From Adineta vaga (taxonomy: Eukaryota; Animalia; Rotifera): a stretch of 64,000 nucleotides of DNA. Location: contig CP075492.1 of NCBI GenBank assembly GCA_021613535.1, positions 5,208,001 to 5,272,000 on the forward strand, given 5' to 3'. Under the pieces are notes generated by a model. That model was not told the DNA's origin, made no database searches, and saw only the letters and a program-made list of their open reading frames with translations. The first letter of the stretch is position 1. Every line of letters begins with the position of its first letter. This document shows, in pieces, positions 61,675 to 64,000 of the stretch. The position numbers and the translations under genes are program-made.

Positions 61675-64000
61675 TCAAGATTCTTTTCTTTTGTTATTGT
61701 TTCGTATTAATTGTACCAATCGTTTTTGTTGTTTAATCAATGAAAGAAAGCGAGATAATTCTATAATAGATAAATTTTGATTTGTTCGTCGAAGTGAATC
61801 TTCTTGAAGTGAATTTAACATTGATCGGAAATCACCATGTATCATAAAATCTCTTAAATAAACTAAACTATGACCATCACAATCAGAAAATAAATGAGAC
61901 ATTTGAATTAAATTATGTTCTGTTAACCATTGTTGAACTTGTATCGGTGTCCATTCAAGAATATTATCTACATCTTTTGATGTAGTAGATACAACAGGAA
62001 TTGTTTGTTTTGAACAAACGATTGATCTATTTAATTCAATAGTATCATTCGATGTATTAAATTCTTTAAATAATTTATTCATTGCTTGAGAAAATTCATA
62101 TTTAGTAAAATCTATATATAATAATTGACCAATAAGAAATAATAACCATCCATCAGGTTTATAATGTTTTTGCAATAGAATTGGAATAATTTTTCGTTGA
62201 CATTGAAATGCATAATGTGCTTCTGCTCGACAATAATTACTCTTTCGATATTGTTCACTAATGCAAAGAATAATAATATGTGATCGTTCAATTCCTTGTG
62301 CCATTGCATCCATAACATTTCCATGCATTTGATCAAAATCAATCCATACACGATAATTTGCTTTGATTAATTCATTGTAAAGTTGTTGACAAAGAAGTTT
62401 TTCTTTATGTGAATAACTAATCATAATATCAAATGTTTGATTATTATCATTGATATTTGATAATAAATGATTTTCATGATTAATTTCAAGATTCCAAAGA
62501 ATTCCATGAATCACTTTTCTCATTTGTTCATCATGATTTTCTTTTTCAAAATGAGCAAGTTTCGACATAAATAAACTATTTGATCGAAGTTGCTGTTGAA
62601 TATCAGAATTGAATGAAAATGTCCAAATAATATCCCATGTAATTGGATATTGATCACAAAGTTGAATAAAGAGAGAAATCTTATTTAAACTAGCTGCTTT
62701 TTGTTGCATTGAATCATTTTTTGATAAACATTGAAAACCTTTGAGAAAATTAACAATATTCTTCTCGTTATAAGCAATGATTCTTTTCTACATACCTCTT
62801 AGCATATAGACAATCGGTACTCTTCTGAAATTGTTTGGCGATTGATTTAGAGCTCCTTCAAGAGAATGAAAACAACAACTACTAATGTGATCAGCTATTT
62901 TCATATGTTTTAATTGATCATCTGTAAGTGTTTCACCAAGAATATTATATGCACTTAAACAAATCTCAGTATTTTGCGATGTTTCAGCCATAAGTACAAT
63001 TGTTTCTCGTACTGTTGCATTTGAACGAAAGAACCAATTGATATTCAATCTTTGTACGATTAATATAAAAAGCATTAAAGATGAATGTAATAGAATTGTT
63101 TCACCATTCGAGCGATGTGGTTTGATTTGTTTATGAAATGGTTTATAAGATAATAGTTGTATGAGATCTTGTACATGATCACAAGTGACTTGTTCGTTAG
63201 GAAAAATCATTTTTATTGGTTTTTCAATTTGTCCATCCCACCAACAGCATCCAACAATGAAAGCAATTAGATGTGCAATACAATCCAGCTGTCCATTATT
63301 CCATGATGCAACAGTATGACAATGTGTACGAATCATTCGTAAATAATCATCGGAAAGATAATCGATCATTTCCTCTGCATTATATGGGAAATTGTGAGTT
63401 TTAGAAACCAAATAAGTATATGAATAAAATGAACATGTTTTGACATAGAATAACATTTTTGATGTAAACAAAGATGATTTATTGATATGTGGTTGATGAA
63501 GTTCAGTTAGATAGAATTTGTATTGTTTATTCATGACATATGTGTTGACAATATGTTGACCAATATGATCGACAATAGATATAGTATTGTAATTGGGATT
63601 TTCAAAGAGAAAATATGAATGATTATTGAATAATAAACTAATTATAGTTATATAAGAATTATTATCATCATCATCATCAATATTTTGATCGATTTGAGTG
63701 AACATATCATTGATTTGAGGAATAGTCATAGAAAAAATAAGATGAACTTTTATGTCAATGTCGATACTATCGTTGAAAATCATTATTTGATCAAAATTTG
63801 CAAGTGCATTAAAATATTCTCGATAAGAAGATTCATGAATCCACGAATGAGAATCTTGACTTAATAATTGCCATGACCATTGATGTAAATCAAGTAATGA
63901 TTGAAATGATTGAGAGATGCATGCAGATAATGTTTCGTCTGTTTGTAATTGAAGGAAACGTGTAATTTGTTGTATTGTATCAATAGATATTGAAGATGTA
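61675..64000 (-). CDS. Helical/ARM-like - TIR - SAM domain protein, 5' end outside the window
   Basis: TIR DIMISYSH...VWIDFDQMHG...AMAQGIE...SNYCRAEAHYA...PDGWL; SAM-like WTPIQVQQWL...DGHSL. Intron at ~62741-62796. Confidence 0.85.

Noticed and set aside
406-62351. Many short antisense or alternate-frame ORFs in the track (e.g. 6694..7086, 19950..20384, 60251..60523, 25166..25465)
   Set aside because: They are shadows of real genes or of MITE sequence, with no independent motifs.
1-64000. Prokaryotic origin, operons or CRISPR arrays
   Set aside because: Spliceosomal introns and metazoan genes occur throughout, and no repeat-spacer array, rRNA or tRNA was recognised.

Overview
AT-rich eukaryotic genomic DNA with short (~50-65 bp) GT-AG introns. 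The gene content points to a bdelloid rotifer, probably Adineta-like (inference): expanded ART-TPR, F-box/LRR, NHL, GPCR and NR1J-like families, many intronless bacterial/fungal-type enzymes, and an interstitial (TGTGGG)n tract. Ordinary metazoan genes (CNNM, SLC5, D-amino acid oxidase, claudin-like, GPCRs, a tandem nuclear-receptor pair) are interleaved with candidate horizontally acquired genes (plant/fungal-type glutamate decarboxylase tail, two NAD(P)-binding reductases, FkbM methyltransferase, decayed PhzF, GH110-like beta-helix, DUF1479 oxygenase, fungal-type P2C ATPase). The window also holds several NAD+-consuming and ubiquitin-system genes: three R-S-E ADP-ribosyltransferases, an RBR E3 ligase and a TIR-SAM protein. 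The top finding is a three-exon gene at 27882-29999 that splices in frame into one 667-aa protein joining a toxin-like ADP-ribosyltransferase to an intact E2 ubiquitin-conjugating domain, directly downstream of a MITE cluster. Several 1-bp deletions in otherwise intact genes suggest assembly indel errors. All family calls come from motif recognition by eye; no database search was run.
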